NCBI GenBank assembly: GCA_964354285.1
Contig: CAYGYR010000004.1
Span: 10,284-74,283, forward strand
DNA: 64,000 nt
Direction of reading: 5' to 3'
Source of the DNA: an uncultured Methanosarcinales archaeon
Lineage (GTDB): Archaea > Nanobdellota > Nanobdellia > Woesearchaeales > ARS49
In this document: one piece after another, positions 1 through 9,371 of the stretch
Position numbering within the stretch: position 1 is the first letter of the stretch
Layout: each line of letters begins with the position of its first letter
Program-made: the position numbers and the translations under genes
The notes under the pieces: model-generated
Told to the model about the DNA's origin: nothing
Databases searched by the model: none
What the model saw: only the letters and a program-made list of their open reading frames with translations

Positions 1-19
1 CAAATGGTATCTTTTTGCC

Positions 20-211
20 ATGCTTGGTTTTATTGGATTGCTGCCAATAGTTTTATCTGTCAGGGCAATGGTTATTGAGCTGCCGACAACACCTTGGGCA
101 ATACTTATCTTTGGCCCATTTATACTGATTGGGCTTTATTTTCTGAATCTTCCTTATGCAAGAATACTTAGCTATTACAAATATGAAAAACCATTAAAAG
201 AGAGGAAGTGA
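20..211 (+). CDS. small hydrophobic membrane protein (hypothetical)
   Basis: 63-aa ORF with two hydrophobic spans; ends 1 nt before dnaJ start; no recognisable motif. Confidence 0.35.
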   Translation: MLGFIGLLPIVLSVRAMVIELPTTPWAILIFGPFILIGLYFLNLPYARILSYYKYEKPLKERK

Positions 212-212
212 A

Positions 213-1337
213 TTGGCAAAAGACTATTATGATACTCTCGGAGTAGGAAAAGATGCATCTCAGGAAGATGTAAAAAAAGCTTATAAGAAATTAGCTAAAA
301 AATATCATCCTGACCTGAATAAAAACCCAGATTCTGCTGATAAGTTCAAGGAAATAAACGAGGCAGCATCAGTCCTTGGAGATCCCCAGAAAAGGCAGCA
401 ATATGACCAGTTCGGAACAGCTGGCTTTGGCCAGGGCGGGGGGGCAGGAGGGTTTTCTGGATTTGACTTCCGTGATTTTGCAGGCCAGGGGTTTGACTTT
501 GAAAGCATATTTGACGGTCTCTTCTCTGGAATGGGATTTGGCGGCGGAGGCGGAAGAAGGCAGAAAAGAAGCGGCCGCGGAAGGGATTTAAGCGCTGAAA
601 TAACAATAACACTTGAGGAAGCTGCTAAAGGATTAAAGACCAAGCTTGATATTGACAGGCAGACTGTCTGCGATCACTGCCATGGAAAAGGGGCAGCAAG
701 CGATTCTGCAATGCAAACCTGCGATGAGTGCAATGGAACAGGAGTGTCAAGGCAGACAAGAAGAACTCCTTTCGGCATATTCCAGACACAGACAACCTGC
801 AGGAAGTGCGGCGGAAGAGGAGAATTCATTGACAAGCCATGCCCAGAATGCGATGGGACAGGAAGGCATGAAGAAGAAAGCGAAATAGAAGTCAAGATAC
901 CTGCAGGAGTTGATAACGGAACAACACTCCGCTTGAAAGGGCAAGGTGAAGCAGGATACCAAGGAGCAGCTGTAGGTGATTTGTATTTAAGAATCAATAT
1001 CAAGCCGCACAAAATATTTGAAAGGCAGGGCAATGAGCTATACATCAATGCACCACTGCCTTTTGCAACAGCATGCCTTGGCGGAGAACTAGAGGTTCCA
1101 ACGCTTGACGGCAACAAAACAATCAAGATACCTGCAGGAACACAAAGCGGAGTGATTTTCTGCATAAAAGAAGAAGGAATGCCTGACTTGCATGGCTATG
1201 GAAAAGGACACTTAAATGTCAAGATATTTATTGATGTTCCTAAGAAAGTAAGCTCAAAACAAAAAGAATTATTGAATGATTTTGACAAAGAAGCCAAGAC
1301 AAAAAAGAAATGGTGGCCTTTCTTTGGATTGTTCTAA
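213..1337 (+). CDS. dnaJ: molecular chaperone DnaJ (type I Hsp40)
   Basis: J-domain with HPD (KKYHPDLNK), G/F-rich linker, four CxxCxGxG zinc-finger repeats ([32 protein letters not shown]); TTG start preceded by AGGAAGTGA SD-like. Confidence 0.95.
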   Translation: MAKDYYDTLGVGKDASQEDVKKAYKKLAKKYHPDLNKNPDSADKFKEINEAASVLGDPQKRQQYDQFGTAGFGQGGGAGGFSGFDFRDFAGQGFDFESIFDGLFSGMGFGGGGGRRQKRSGRGRDLSAEITITLEEAAKGLKTKLDIDRQTVCDHCHGKGAASDSAMQTCDECNGTGVSRQTRRTPFGIFQTQTTCRKCGGRGEFIDKPCPECDGTGRHEEESEIEVKIPAGVDNGTTLRLKGQGEAGYQGAAVGDLYLRINIKPHKIFERQGNELYINAPLPFATACLGGELEVPTLDGNKTIKIPAGTQSGVIFCIKEEGMPDLHGYGKGHLNVKIFIDVPKKVSSKQKELLNDFDKEAKTKKKWWPFFGLF

Positions 1338-1345
1338 CGCAGGAA

Positions 1346-2062
1346 TTAGAATAACACCAATATTGAATAATAAATTCCAACTAAAATAAATATGCCTGCT
1401 GCAATTTTTCTTGTCCATTTCTCAAATGTTTGCACTTTGTCCAGTATAGAGCTTAGCTTTGAAACACTATAAACCAGAATAAATGAAAACAATATCACTG
1501 GCAGCCCTGTTGCGAAGGCAAAAACAGAAGGAATGATTAAGCCATCTCCTGTTTTTATTGCAAGCGGAATAAGCATTCCAAAGAACAGCACTGCGCTGAA
1601 TGGGCAGAATGCCAAAGCGAAAATTACTCCTAGCAAAAATGCTCCCAAAAATCCTCGAGTCGCAAGCTTTTCTTTTAGTCTTATGATTTGCGTGTTTTCT
1701 TTTAGAAAATGAAGTTTAAATATGTCCAGCATGACTAATCCTATCAGAATGAGCAAAGGCCCAATAATTTTTTCTCCATACTTCTGCAGGAACAGAGAGA
1801 TTGCCTGCGTGTTTATGCCAACCCACACTATTAAAGAAGCGATTACTACATATGTTAGCATTCTTCCAAGAGTGTATAAGAAACCAACAGCTAAAGTGTG
1901 TTTGCTGTTGCTAATTCTTTTGCTGGTATAAGCAATGGCTGTTATGTTTGTTGCTAATGGGCATGGGCTTATTGCAGTCATTAATCCGATGAAGAAGGCC
2001 GCAACTATGGCTATGTTGCTTGTTCCCATTGCTTCCATGAAAGCCATTAAACTCATTTTCAA
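1346..2062 (-). CDS. DsbD_2/CcdA-like transmembrane thiol-disulfide transfer protein (ArsG-like)
   Basis: Polytopic membrane protein with SPCPL and AFCPFS motifs typical of the CcdA/DsbD_2 fold; 4-nt overlap with the upstream thioredoxin-fold gene. Confidence 0.7.
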   Translation of the reverse strand: MKMSLMAFMEAMGTSNIAIVAAFFIGLMTAISPCPLATNITAIAYTSKRISNSKHTLAVGFLYTLGRMLTYVVIASLIVWVGINTQAISLFLQKYGEKIIGPLLILIGLVMLDIFKLHFLKENTQIIRLKEKLATRGFLGAFLLGVIFALAFCPFSAVLFFGMLIPLAIKTGDGLIIPSVFAFATGLPVILFSFILVYSVSKLSSILDKVQTFEKWTRKIAAGIFILVGIYYSILVLF

Positions 2063-2553
2063 TTGCCTGCTAACTTTTGCTCAATAACTTCTTTAAGATA
2101 ATTCATGTATTCTTCCTTATTGCTTATTTTATACCAGACATTGGTGTTCTGTTCTGGATGAAACCCATCTTTGTCATAAACACCTAACCAAAGCGAAGCA
2201 CTGCTTATTCCATATTTCATTGCTAAATCCTTATTTTCAGGCAGTTCTGCATTTATGTGCCCAAAAACGATTTTTCCTGATTTTAATTCGTCAGCAAAAT
2301 AAGTGTTTACTGTTTCTTCTGCATAAGCACCGACTGTTTTGCAAGAATAGCACTGGTGTGTTCCATGAAAATGATAAATCTCAAGCTTTTCAACACTAGT
2401 GCTGGAAAGCGTATTCTCTGTTTGAATAACATCTCCAGTTGGAAGTGCTTGTTTTTCATTGATGTTTGAGCATCCAACAAGAAGCATCATCAAGGTTATA
2501 GCGATTGTCATTAAGTATTTCAAATTCACCACCTCATCTGATAAAATACCCAT
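2059..2553 (-). CDS. thioredoxin-fold lipoprotein with CxxC (ArsF-like)
   Basis: Lipobox LLVGCS, redox motif HQCYSC, size and context next to the DsbD_2 protein; alternative start at 2511 (MTIAITL). Confidence 0.6.
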   Translation of the reverse strand: MGILSDEVVNLKYLMTIAITLMMLLVGCSNINEKQALPTGDVIQTENTLSSTSVEKLEIYHFHGTHQCYSCKTVGAYAEETVNTYFADELKSGKIVFGHINAELPENKDLAMKYGISSASLWLGVYDKDGFHPEQNTNVWYKISNKEEYMNYLKEVIEQKLAGN

Positions 2554-3601
2554 AGATTAGGCCAGAGATTGTTGCAAAAACAATTATTAGCCCAACATAA
2601 ACTATTGTTTTCTTGTTTCCGATAAGTTTCCTTATGACAAGTATGCTTGCCAGGGAAATTACTGGGTCTGCAAGCAAGTATGCTAAAAGAGGCCCTTTTG
2701 CCATGCCTAATCCTAAAAATAGTTTAGCCATAGGAACTTCCACAAGTGTTGGGAAATACATAAACACGCCAAATATTACAGCTATAAAATTAGCAAATAC
2801 TGTGTTTTCTCCCATAACAGTTGCAAGGAAATTTTCAGGAATAACAGATGAAAGCATACCTGCAACAAATATTCCTATCAGCAAAAGAGGGAATATTTTC
2901 CTTGTGAACGCCCAAGTTTCAAATAACCAAGATTTTAATTCATCTTGCGTAAAGAATAATTTGAAAATTATTGCTACTGCAAGAACAAGAACGCCAATCC
3001 AAACATATCTCCATACGCCTGGCACTCTTGTACCGACAACAAGTATTCCGATAAGCAATGCAAAGAAGATCCAAAGCCTGTGCCTTTCAAGAAAAGAAAC
3101 ATTTTTTTTATGCTTCATTTTCTCAGATACCAATATCTGGCATACATCTTTTTCTTCAAGTTTATCATTTTTTCTAAAAATGTAAGCTATAATCATGCCA
3201 ATCAGTATAGCAAATAAGACTGAAAGAACAATTCTGGCTAATGCAAAATCCCAACCAAGAACACTGCCTGTAAAAAGTATTGCAAGAATATTTGTGGCAG
3301 GAGCAGTATAAAGAAATGCCAGAGCAGGCCCAATCCCAGCGCCATTCTTCTTTATCCCTGCAAATAACGGCAGGACTGTGCAAGAGCAAACAGCAAGCAA
3401 AAGGCCTGCTATTACTGCTAAAGGATACGCCTTGTATTTAGGAACATCCCTGCCAAGATATTTAATAACACTTTCTTTAGGAATCAAAGCAGACATTGCG
3501 CCAGCAATAAAAAAAGCAGGGATTAAACAAGTCAGCACGTGCGCAGAAGCGTATTCTACAACTGCTTTCAAACCCGCAATAAATAACTCCATAAATATCA
3601 T
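2534..3601 (-). CDS. ArsP/DUF318-type permease
   Basis: About 10 TM segments, vicinal-Cys membrane motif AVCSCTVLPL resembling the ArsP_1 permease family; lies in the ArsR operon. Confidence 0.7.
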   Translation of the reverse strand: MIFMELFIAGLKAVVEYASAHVLTCLIPAFFIAGAMSALIPKESVIKYLGRDVPKYKAYPLAVIAGLLLAVCSCTVLPLFAGIKKNGAGIGPALAFLYTAPATNILAILFTGSVLGWDFALARIVLSVLFAILIGMIIAYIFRKNDKLEEKDVCQILVSEKMKHKKNVSFLERHRLWIFFALLIGILVVGTRVPGVWRYVWIGVLVLAVAIIFKLFFTQDELKSWLFETWAFTRKIFPLLLIGIFVAGMLSSVIPENFLATVMGENTVFANFIAVIFGVFMYFPTLVEVPMAKLFLGLGMAKGPLLAYLLADPVISLASILVIRKLIGNKKTIVYVGLIIVFATISGLIYGYFIR

Positions 3602-3611
3602 GCAAATATCC

Positions 3612-3842
3612 TCACTTCAAAAATTTCTTAATCTCTTGAGCTGTTAAGACCTTGCCGCAAGAGACAATCTTTCCATTAATCCCTAAAGCAGGAGTCAGCA
3701 TTATGCCTGCGGCAACAATCTTTCCAATATCTGTGACTTTTATAATCTCTGCCTTAATCTTAAGTTCCTCAACAGCTTTCTTTGCATTTGCTTCAAGCTG
3801 CTTGCATTTCAGACAACCATTTCCAAAAATTTCAATTTTCAT
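3612..3842 (-). CDS. small thioredoxin-fold redox-active disulfide protein
   Basis: 76 aa, MKIEIFGNGCLKCKQL CxxC at the N-terminus, typical glutaredoxin-like MTH895/TM0996 family layout. Confidence 0.8.
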   Translation of the reverse strand: MKIEIFGNGCLKCKQLEANAKKAVEELKIKAEIIKVTDIGKIVAAGIMLTPALGINGKIVSCGKVLTAQEIKKFLK

Positions 3843-4141
3843 TTTTTCACCTCACAGCAAACTTGCCATATTTTGCCTTTTGAACTGCCCAATGCATTGA
3901 ATATATCACAAACCCTGAAATCTTTTATTGAATAAAGTATCTTCTTGCCATCCCTTCTAAACTTCAAAACACCTGAATCAACGAGTTTCAGAAGATGCAT
4001 AGATGTATTAGACTGAGTCCTGTTAATCAAAGAAGGGATTTTACATGCGCATTTCTCTCCTTTAAGAAGAACTTTGACTATTTTATACCTTGTTTCTTCA
4101 GAGAGCGCTTTCAATAAAGTTAAATCTTCTTTCATGGACAT
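3839..4141 (-). CDS. ArsR/SmtB family metalloregulatory transcription factor
   Basis: wHTH with EETRYKIVKVLLKGEKCACKI (CxC metal site in helix 3) and SMHLLKLVDSGVL recognition helix; 4-nt overlap with the downstream gene. Confidence 0.85.
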   Translation of the reverse strand: MSMKEDLTLLKALSEETRYKIVKVLLKGEKCACKIPSLINRTQSNTSMHLLKLVDSGVLKFRRDGKKILYSIKDFRVCDIFNALGSSKGKIWQVCCEVKK

Positions 4142-4170
4142 ATCAACAAATACTGATATGTCATATATAA
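4139..4170 (-). promoter_or_regulatory. arsR operon TATA box plus inverted-repeat operator candidate
   Basis: CATATCA-N8-TGATATG inverted repeat (4139-4160) overlapping the arsR ATG, with ATATATAA box at 4163-4170 about 25 nt upstream on the minus strand. Confidence 0.45.
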
Positions 4171-4267
4171 AGTTTACTAAACTTGTGTAAAGAGGTGAAT
4201 ATTTGCTTTTTAGTTAATCCGTGATTCTTTCCAAAGCTTTAAAAACATCTTTCGTTTGCATAGATGT

Positions 4268-4903
4268 ATGATTATTTTCAAGATGATCAAGGATGTGCTC
4301 ATAAGGCCTTCTTATTTTTTTGAAAGGATTGAGAAGCAAAAAGGAATATCTAAAGCATTTTTCTATTTTGCAATAATTTACTTATTTTACACAATCATTC
4401 ACCTGATATCAGGATTTTTCTTTTTGAAGTATTATTCAGGCATATTAACTAATATCTGGGGATCTGTATTGCCTTCATTGCTTCCTCAGCCGCAAATGAC
4501 TTTTTTCACACTCTTTTTGTTTCCTTTGCTGAACTATATTGCAGGGCTTTTGATGATTTTTGTTGCTGCAGGCCTGCTTCATGTCTGGATTTATATTTTC
4601 GGCGGAAGGGCAGTGTTTGAAAAAACATTCCAATTACTTGTTTACTCAAGCACGCCCATGTATCTTTTAGGCTGGATTCCTTTCCTGAGTTTCTTGGCAC
4701 AGATATATTCCATAGTTCTTCTTGTGATTGGCACTCAGAAGCTTCATAAGCTTTCGCTGGCAAGGTCAATTCTTATTTATGTGATACCTTTTGCAGCAAT
4801 GGTTCTGCTTGTATTGTTTAGCATGGGTCTTGTGATGTATTTCGTTGCATCTAATCCAACACTAATCCAGCAGGCTATTGTAAATCAGCCAATTATCGGC
4901 TAA
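4268..4903 (+). CDS. Yip1-domain membrane protein
   Basis: N-terminal IRPSYFFERI segment followed by 5 TM helices, Yip1/DUF1282-like; ATG at 4268 sits 30 nt from TTTAAAAA box at 4238. Confidence 0.55.
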   Translation: MIIFKMIKDVLIRPSYFFERIEKQKGISKAFFYFAIIYLFYTIIHLISGFFFLKYYSGILTNIWGSVLPSLLPQPQMTFFTLFLFPLLNYIAGLLMIFVAAGLLHVWIYIFGGRAVFEKTFQLLVYSSTPMYLLGWIPFLSFLAQIYSIVLLVIGTQKLHKLSLARSILIYVIPFAAMVLLVLFSMGLVMYFVASNPTLIQQAIVNQPIIG

Positions 4904-4956
4904 TCAGCAAAATTCAATAAAAGCATTTTTAAACAAGTAAAATAAGAGTGTTTATC

Positions 4957-5181
4957 ATGAAAGGATACGAAGTTAAAGTGCCAACATGGTATGCAATGAT
5001 TAACCTGCTTGTTGTAGGAGCATTTGCAGTATTGTTCTTGTATTCTGCAGTGAATTTTCTTGACAAGCCAGTTGGGATTATGTTTTTAATTGTATCAATA
5101 CTGTTCATGTTTTTCTTCCTCGGGGTGTCAATCTATGTTGTAGCAAAAGGAAGATACCCTATGAGCTTCAGGCCAAGATAA
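4957..5181 (+). CDS. small two-TM membrane protein (hypothetical)
   Basis: 74 aa, two hydrophobic helices; ATG 31 nt downstream of TTTTTAAA box at 4926. Confidence 0.45.
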   Translation: MKGYEVKVPTWYAMINLLVVGAFAVLFLYSAVNFLDKPVGIMFLIVSILFMFFFLGVSIYVVAKGRYPMSFRPR

Positions 5182-5184
5182 TTC

Positions 5185-5970
5185 TTATTTTTTCAATTCT
5201 TTCCCAAAAACATCTTCTCTAAGAATCCTGTCCAGTTCAGTATAATCTGGCTTTTTGACAGGAGAATCAACTATCCACTTATTCAAGTCTTCAAGCTTTT
5301 CTGCGATAAAATTGTCCAAAGCAGAATCATGAGAGCCCATGCCAAGCTCCTGTCCTGAGATTTTTTCTTCAAACAGCTTGTTGATTGCAGAATATACCCC
5401 AGAATCAAGCTTCAGTCCATTGGCAACATCCATGAACTTGACAGGCGGAGTGCTGTCTTTTGACTTTATCCAGTCAAGGCAGAGCAGTGGCCTTAGGACA
5501 TAAAGGTATTTTTTCCTGAGCACCTCTGGCTTGTCTTTGATGTAAATCTTGAAGTTTCCCTCTGCCATGTGAAGGTAATGATAAGCGCTTGCCCTGTTGG
5601 AATAATGGTTTGCAACATACTTTCGCATGCTTTCTGCTGCAGTCCCTTTTTCTATGTAGACAATCGGTGAGAAGAGCCATTCCATCAATGGCGGGTTTGA
5701 TTTGGCTAGCAAATCCATTGCCTTGAATATGTCCCAGCCACCAAAATCAAGGTCTTTTTCAATAGGAACGTCATCTGCATCAATCACATCCCTTTTCTTT
5801 TTCACGGAAACATAATCTGCAAGAGGCCTCTTGAAGATAAACCTGCAGTCCCAGTCACTGTCTTTAGAGGCAAAGCCCCATGCCCTGCTTCCAGACTCTA
5901 CTGCATAAATGACTGTGACATTAAATCTCTTTTCAATTTCCTTTATTTTCTCAAGGATTGCTTCTTTCAT
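5185..5970 (-). CDS. Pol-beta superfamily nucleotidyltransferase (COG3541-like)
   Basis: GSRAWGFASKDSDWD matches the G[SG]-x9-D-x-D NTase motif; start moved to 5970 (MKEAILEK), 29 nt from a TTTTTAAA box. Confidence 0.7.
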   Translation of the reverse strand: MKEAILEKIKEIEKRFNVTVIYAVESGSRAWGFASKDSDWDCRFIFKRPLADYVSVKKKRDVIDADDVPIEKDLDFGGWDIFKAMDLLAKSNPPLMEWLFSPIVYIEKGTAAESMRKYVANHYSNRASAYHYLHMAEGNFKIYIKDKPEVLRKKYLYVLRPLLCLDWIKSKDSTPPVKFMDVANGLKLDSGVYSAINKLFEEKISGQELGMGSHDSALDNFIAEKLEDLNKWIVDSPVKKPDYTELDRILREDVFGKELKK

Positions 5971-6061
5971 GCACCTACTTAGCAGGTGTTTGTTTAAAAA
6001 GTTTGGCAAAAAACAGGCTTTTCCGCAAATCTGTATTTTTTCTCATTCTGGCGTAGTAAGA

Positions 6062-6069
6062 TTTATAAA
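6062..6069 (+). promoter_or_regulatory. TATA box (TTTATAAA) for the 6094 gene
   Basis: Palindromic TTTATAAA 32 nt upstream of the ATG at 6094. Confidence 0.5.
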
Positions 6070-6093
6070 TAAATCTATCTGCCTTGGCAGATT

Positions 6094-7479
6094 ATGGCAA
6101 AACATCGTGAAGAAGACGCAGATGATACTGATTCTGCTGAAGAAAATACAGAGCCTGAGACAAAGAGAAAGTACAGAATAACGCACAATCTTGCTGATGG
6201 CGGAATAATTGCTTTAAGGAAAAATATCCAGAGAAAACTATACGGCAGGCCTGGCGAGGAAAAGATTTCTCTTGGCATGGTTAACAAAAAGGGGGATGCT
6301 GGCATTTATTTAACTGCAACAAAAACAGAGCTAGCAGACATAATTAAAAAATTTGAAGAACGGGCAGCTGACTGGAGCTATAATAACCCGCATTTTGCTT
6401 TTGAAGAAGTTGATGAAGAACCAGAGGGGATAATCCCTGGCGAGGATTTGGACAGGATAGAAGCTGCTCTTGAAAGCGGTGTTGTTGAAGAAAGAAACAG
6501 GCAGTATGTGGAAGTAGGCTCGCTAAATGCAAAATTAGATGCAGCGAAAAAAGAAATCACTGGGCTTGAAAACAAGTGCAAGGACTTTGATAGCCAGAAC
6601 ACAAAACTGACTTCTGCGTATGATGCGCTCAAGGAGCAGGTTACAGCGCTGAAGAAAATTCAAGAAACATTGAAGGCAGGCAACTTAACAGATTCGCTTA
6701 TTGCATTCCTTAAGACCCGGGCAGAAAGCCTGGAAACACTGGATATGATACTGCAGGAACTGAAAGAATCTGGGCTTGATGTCATGTTCATTTTAAACCC
6801 GCCTGAAAGCGCTGAAAAATGCGCAAGAGACAAAGTGATGGGGCAATTTAAAATAGATTACCAACAGCTGCTGTCCAACCTAGAGCTGGGAAAGATTGAC
6901 GCCTGGCCAAAATGCAGCTTTTACCAGCCAGAGTCAGAGATCGCGGATGTCAAGCAAAAGATACAAGGGCTGCAAAAAGTAATAGATTCTGCTGACCCGC
7001 ACGTGAAACAGATTGTTGAGGAGAGCCTGAAAAACAGCATCGGGCAATTTAATGAAGCGCTGCACGCTTACCAGTTAAAATTAGAGAACTGGGAGACTGC
7101 GCACAAAGTATCTGCCATGTATCATGCATCTGTGGCTGAATTCCAGGAATCTATTGCAAAAGCAAAAAAGCTCCAGTCCCTGCCTGCAGATGTCAAGCTG
7201 ACAAAGGTGCCTGTATTCGTGCAATACGAAACAGACTGCGCCGCCCTTTACACGCCAGTTGAACAAGGCATTGCATATGAATCATTGAAAAAAGCAATAG
7301 ACAGGCACGCAAAAATAGTAGCAGAAGAGTGCCTGGGCAAATGCATGCTGGTAAAAATAGCTGCAAAAAATGGCGACGAATGGAAGCCGATTGAAATCCT
7401 GAAATGCATAAAAGAATCTTACCTGTCAACAGAAGCTGGAATGCTGGGCAGCAAATTAGGATTGATTGTGCAGTTATAA
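6094..7479 (+). CDS. acidic coiled-coil protein (hypothetical)
   Basis: 461-aa ORF, acidic N-terminus, long heptad-like K/E/L/Q stretches; no catalytic motif seen. Confidence 0.6.
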   Translation: MAKHREEDADDTDSAEENTEPETKRKYRITHNLADGGIIALRKNIQRKLYGRPGEEKISLGMVNKKGDAGIYLTATKTELADIIKKFEERAADWSYNNPHFAFEEVDEEPEGIIPGEDLDRIEAALESGVVEERNRQYVEVGSLNAKLDAAKKEITGLENKCKDFDSQNTKLTSAYDALKEQVTALKKIQETLKAGNLTDSLIAFLKTRAESLETLDMILQELKESGLDVMFILNPPESAEKCARDKVMGQFKIDYQQLLSNLELGKIDAWPKCSFYQPESEIADVKQKIQGLQKVIDSADPHVKQIVEESLKNSIGQFNEALHAYQLKLENWETAHKVSAMYHASVAEFQESIAKAKKLQSLPADVKLTKVPVFVQYETDCAALYTPVEQGIAYESLKKAIDRHAKIVAEECLGKCMLVKIAAKNGDEWKPIEILKCIKESYLSTEAGMLGSKLGLIVQL

Positions 7480-7500
7480 GTTCTCGCTTGCCGCAAAACC

Positions 7501-7508
7501 TTTATAAA
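7501..7508 (+). promoter_or_regulatory. TATA box (TTTATAAA) for the 7531 gene
   Basis: TTTATAAA exactly 30 nt upstream of the ATG at 7531. Confidence 0.5.
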
Positions 7509-7530
7509 CGCTTCCAACTTTTTAAATTAC

Positions 7531-8205
7531 ATGGCTGGACAAAAATCATTAGACATTTATCTTATCAGGCATGCTGAAAGCATAATGAATGTTGAGCATC
7601 CAGAGCTGATAAATGGAAGATCAAACGAGAGCCCGCTTTCTGACTTAGGAAGAATACAGGCAGGCAAATTAGGGCTGTATCTTGCTGCCGAAGAAGTGCA
7701 TTTTGACGAGGTATATTCCTCGCCTGCTGTCCGGGCTATCGGCACTGCAAACCTGGCTTGCTATTATGTCAAATACCCGCTTGAAAAAATTGTTGTTTGC
7801 GATGAGCTGCAGGAGCAGTCGCAGGGTGACTGGGAAGGAAAGCCAAGAGCGCCTTTGTATACCCCTGATGTTATTGCCGCAATGAATTCTGACAACTGGA
7901 ACTTCAAGGCGCCAAATGGGGAGTCACAAAAAGATGTTGAGGAAAGAATGCTGGAATGGGTAAATGATAAGCTGCTCCCAAGATATGAGCAGGGATTGAC
8001 CGTTGGTGTTTTTAGTCACGGAATGTCAATAAGATGCTTCTTCCGCGGCATAATGGAGTCTTCTCCAAAAAATACTTACAAGATAGAGATTGACAACACA
8101 GCCATAACAAGATTCAGGTATGCAAGAAACGGATGGCACCTTGTTACATTAAATGACACAACGCATCTTACTGGAATGAAAAGCAAGCCGTCACCTTATT
8201 TTTAA
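7531..8205 (+). CDS. histidine phosphatase family protein (phosphoglycerate-mutase-like)
   Basis: IYLIRHAES (RHG-type catalytic motif), later SHGMSIR second His motif. Confidence 0.85.
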   Translation: MAGQKSLDIYLIRHAESIMNVEHPELINGRSNESPLSDLGRIQAGKLGLYLAAEEVHFDEVYSSPAVRAIGTANLACYYVKYPLEKIVVCDELQEQSQGDWEGKPRAPLYTPDVIAAMNSDNWNFKAPNGESQKDVEERMLEWVNDKLLPRYEQGLTVGVFSHGMSIRCFFRGIMESSPKNTYKIEIDNTAITRFRYARNGWHLVTLNDTTHLTGMKSKPSPYF

Positions 8206-8206
8206 C

Positions 8207-8740
8207 ATGGAATGGACAACAATCGACAGGCCAGGATTTGCTGGAGGCAAAAGAGACCAGCTCAGGGAGATGTATGACAATACATACGGAAGAGAGAACT
8301 GGAGGATTGCCTGGCAGTGGAAAGATGAAATAATTCTCAAAGAAGGTGCTTATAAAATATATGAAGAGGCATATTACCAGGATTCTTTCAAACGAGAAGA
8401 TGTGTGGAAAGAACTGCTTGAGAACGCAAAAGATGTCTATGATATAGAGCCAAGAGATGTTGAGTCAGGGCTTGACTATCTGATTCAAAAAGGAAATGCA
8501 ACGCACCTTCAGGACATTGCAATAAGAAATGTCATGAAAAGAAGAGGATGGAAGTTCCAGGGCAGTGAGCTAATACAAGTAAGAAGCCATAAGTCATACT
8601 GGGGAAAATTATTCAGCCCAGGAAAAATCATGTTTCACATGCCAGAACTGATAATCACTCCGCATCTCACAGGATGGTGGGATGAGGATTCAATAGAAGA
8701 CTGGTACCAGAGCAACAAGATTCTGCAAATATTTGCTTGA
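8207..8740 (+). CDS. hypothetical protein
   Basis: 177-aa ORF starting 1 nt after the previous stop; W/Y-rich, no motif recognised. Confidence 0.55.
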   Translation: MEWTTIDRPGFAGGKRDQLREMYDNTYGRENWRIAWQWKDEIILKEGAYKIYEEAYYQDSFKREDVWKELLENAKDVYDIEPRDVESGLDYLIQKGNATHLQDIAIRNVMKRRGWKFQGSELIQVRSHKSYWGKLFSPGKIMFHMPELIITPHLTGWWDEDSIEDWYQSNKILQIFA

Positions 8741-8804
8741 AAAAAGGTTTGTGGGCAGTTAATTAATAAAAAAGTTTAAATAATAGAATTATTTTTTATA
8801 TTGT

Positions 8805-9371
8805 ATGAAAGAGAAAAAAGAGGAAACAGTTACTTTAAAGCATGAAATCAAGATGCTCCAGATGTCTGAGATAAGCCTGCTGGTAAATGACTATAATGAT
8901 ATTTTCTCAAGTTTTGACCCGAGGCCTTATTCGCAAAGAGCGCTGTCAGGCGATTTTCTTACAGAAGCGCACAAGGCAAGCAAAGACAAAGACGATAAAA
9001 TAGAGCTCAAGCTTCTCCTTCCCAAAAAGAAAAGAGACCCGCACAAGGAAATTGTGATCAAGGAGAGATTAAAGGGGCATTTTGAGAAGCATTTACATCT
9101 TATACAAAAAGAAAAGACAAACATGATAAAAGAAGGAGTGATTTTTGTCATGATTGGAATGATACTCATGCTCATCGCAACATTCATCCTGTTCAAATAC
9201 GCAAAAAAAGATTTCCTTTTGAACTTTCTCATAATTCTTCTTGAGCCAGGCGGATGGTTCCTGTTCTGGGAGGGACTTAACCAGATAATTTTTGAGTCAA
9301 GAAAAACAAGGGCAAAACTCGAGTTTTACAGGAAAATGTCTAGGTGCGAGATAACTTTCTTGTCATACTAA
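8805..9371 (+). CDS. hypothetical membrane protein
   Basis: 188 aa, soluble N-half, two C-terminal TM helices; TTTAAATA box 30 nt upstream. Confidence 0.55.
   Translation: MKEKKEETVTLKHEIKMLQMSEISLLVNDYNDIFSSFDPRPYSQRALSGDFLTEAHKASKDKDDKIELKLLLPKKKRDPHKEIVIKERLKGHFEKHLHLIQKEKTNMIKEGVIFVMIGMILMLIATFILFKYAKKDFLLNFLIILLEPGGWFLFWEGLNQIIFESRKTRAKLEFYRKMSRCEITFLSY

Noticed and set aside
305-1165. Several 70-160-aa ORFs antisense to or out of frame with dnaJ
   Set aside because: They lie entirely inside a gene with unambiguous DnaJ motifs. Their P/S/L-rich composition is typical of shadow ORFs.
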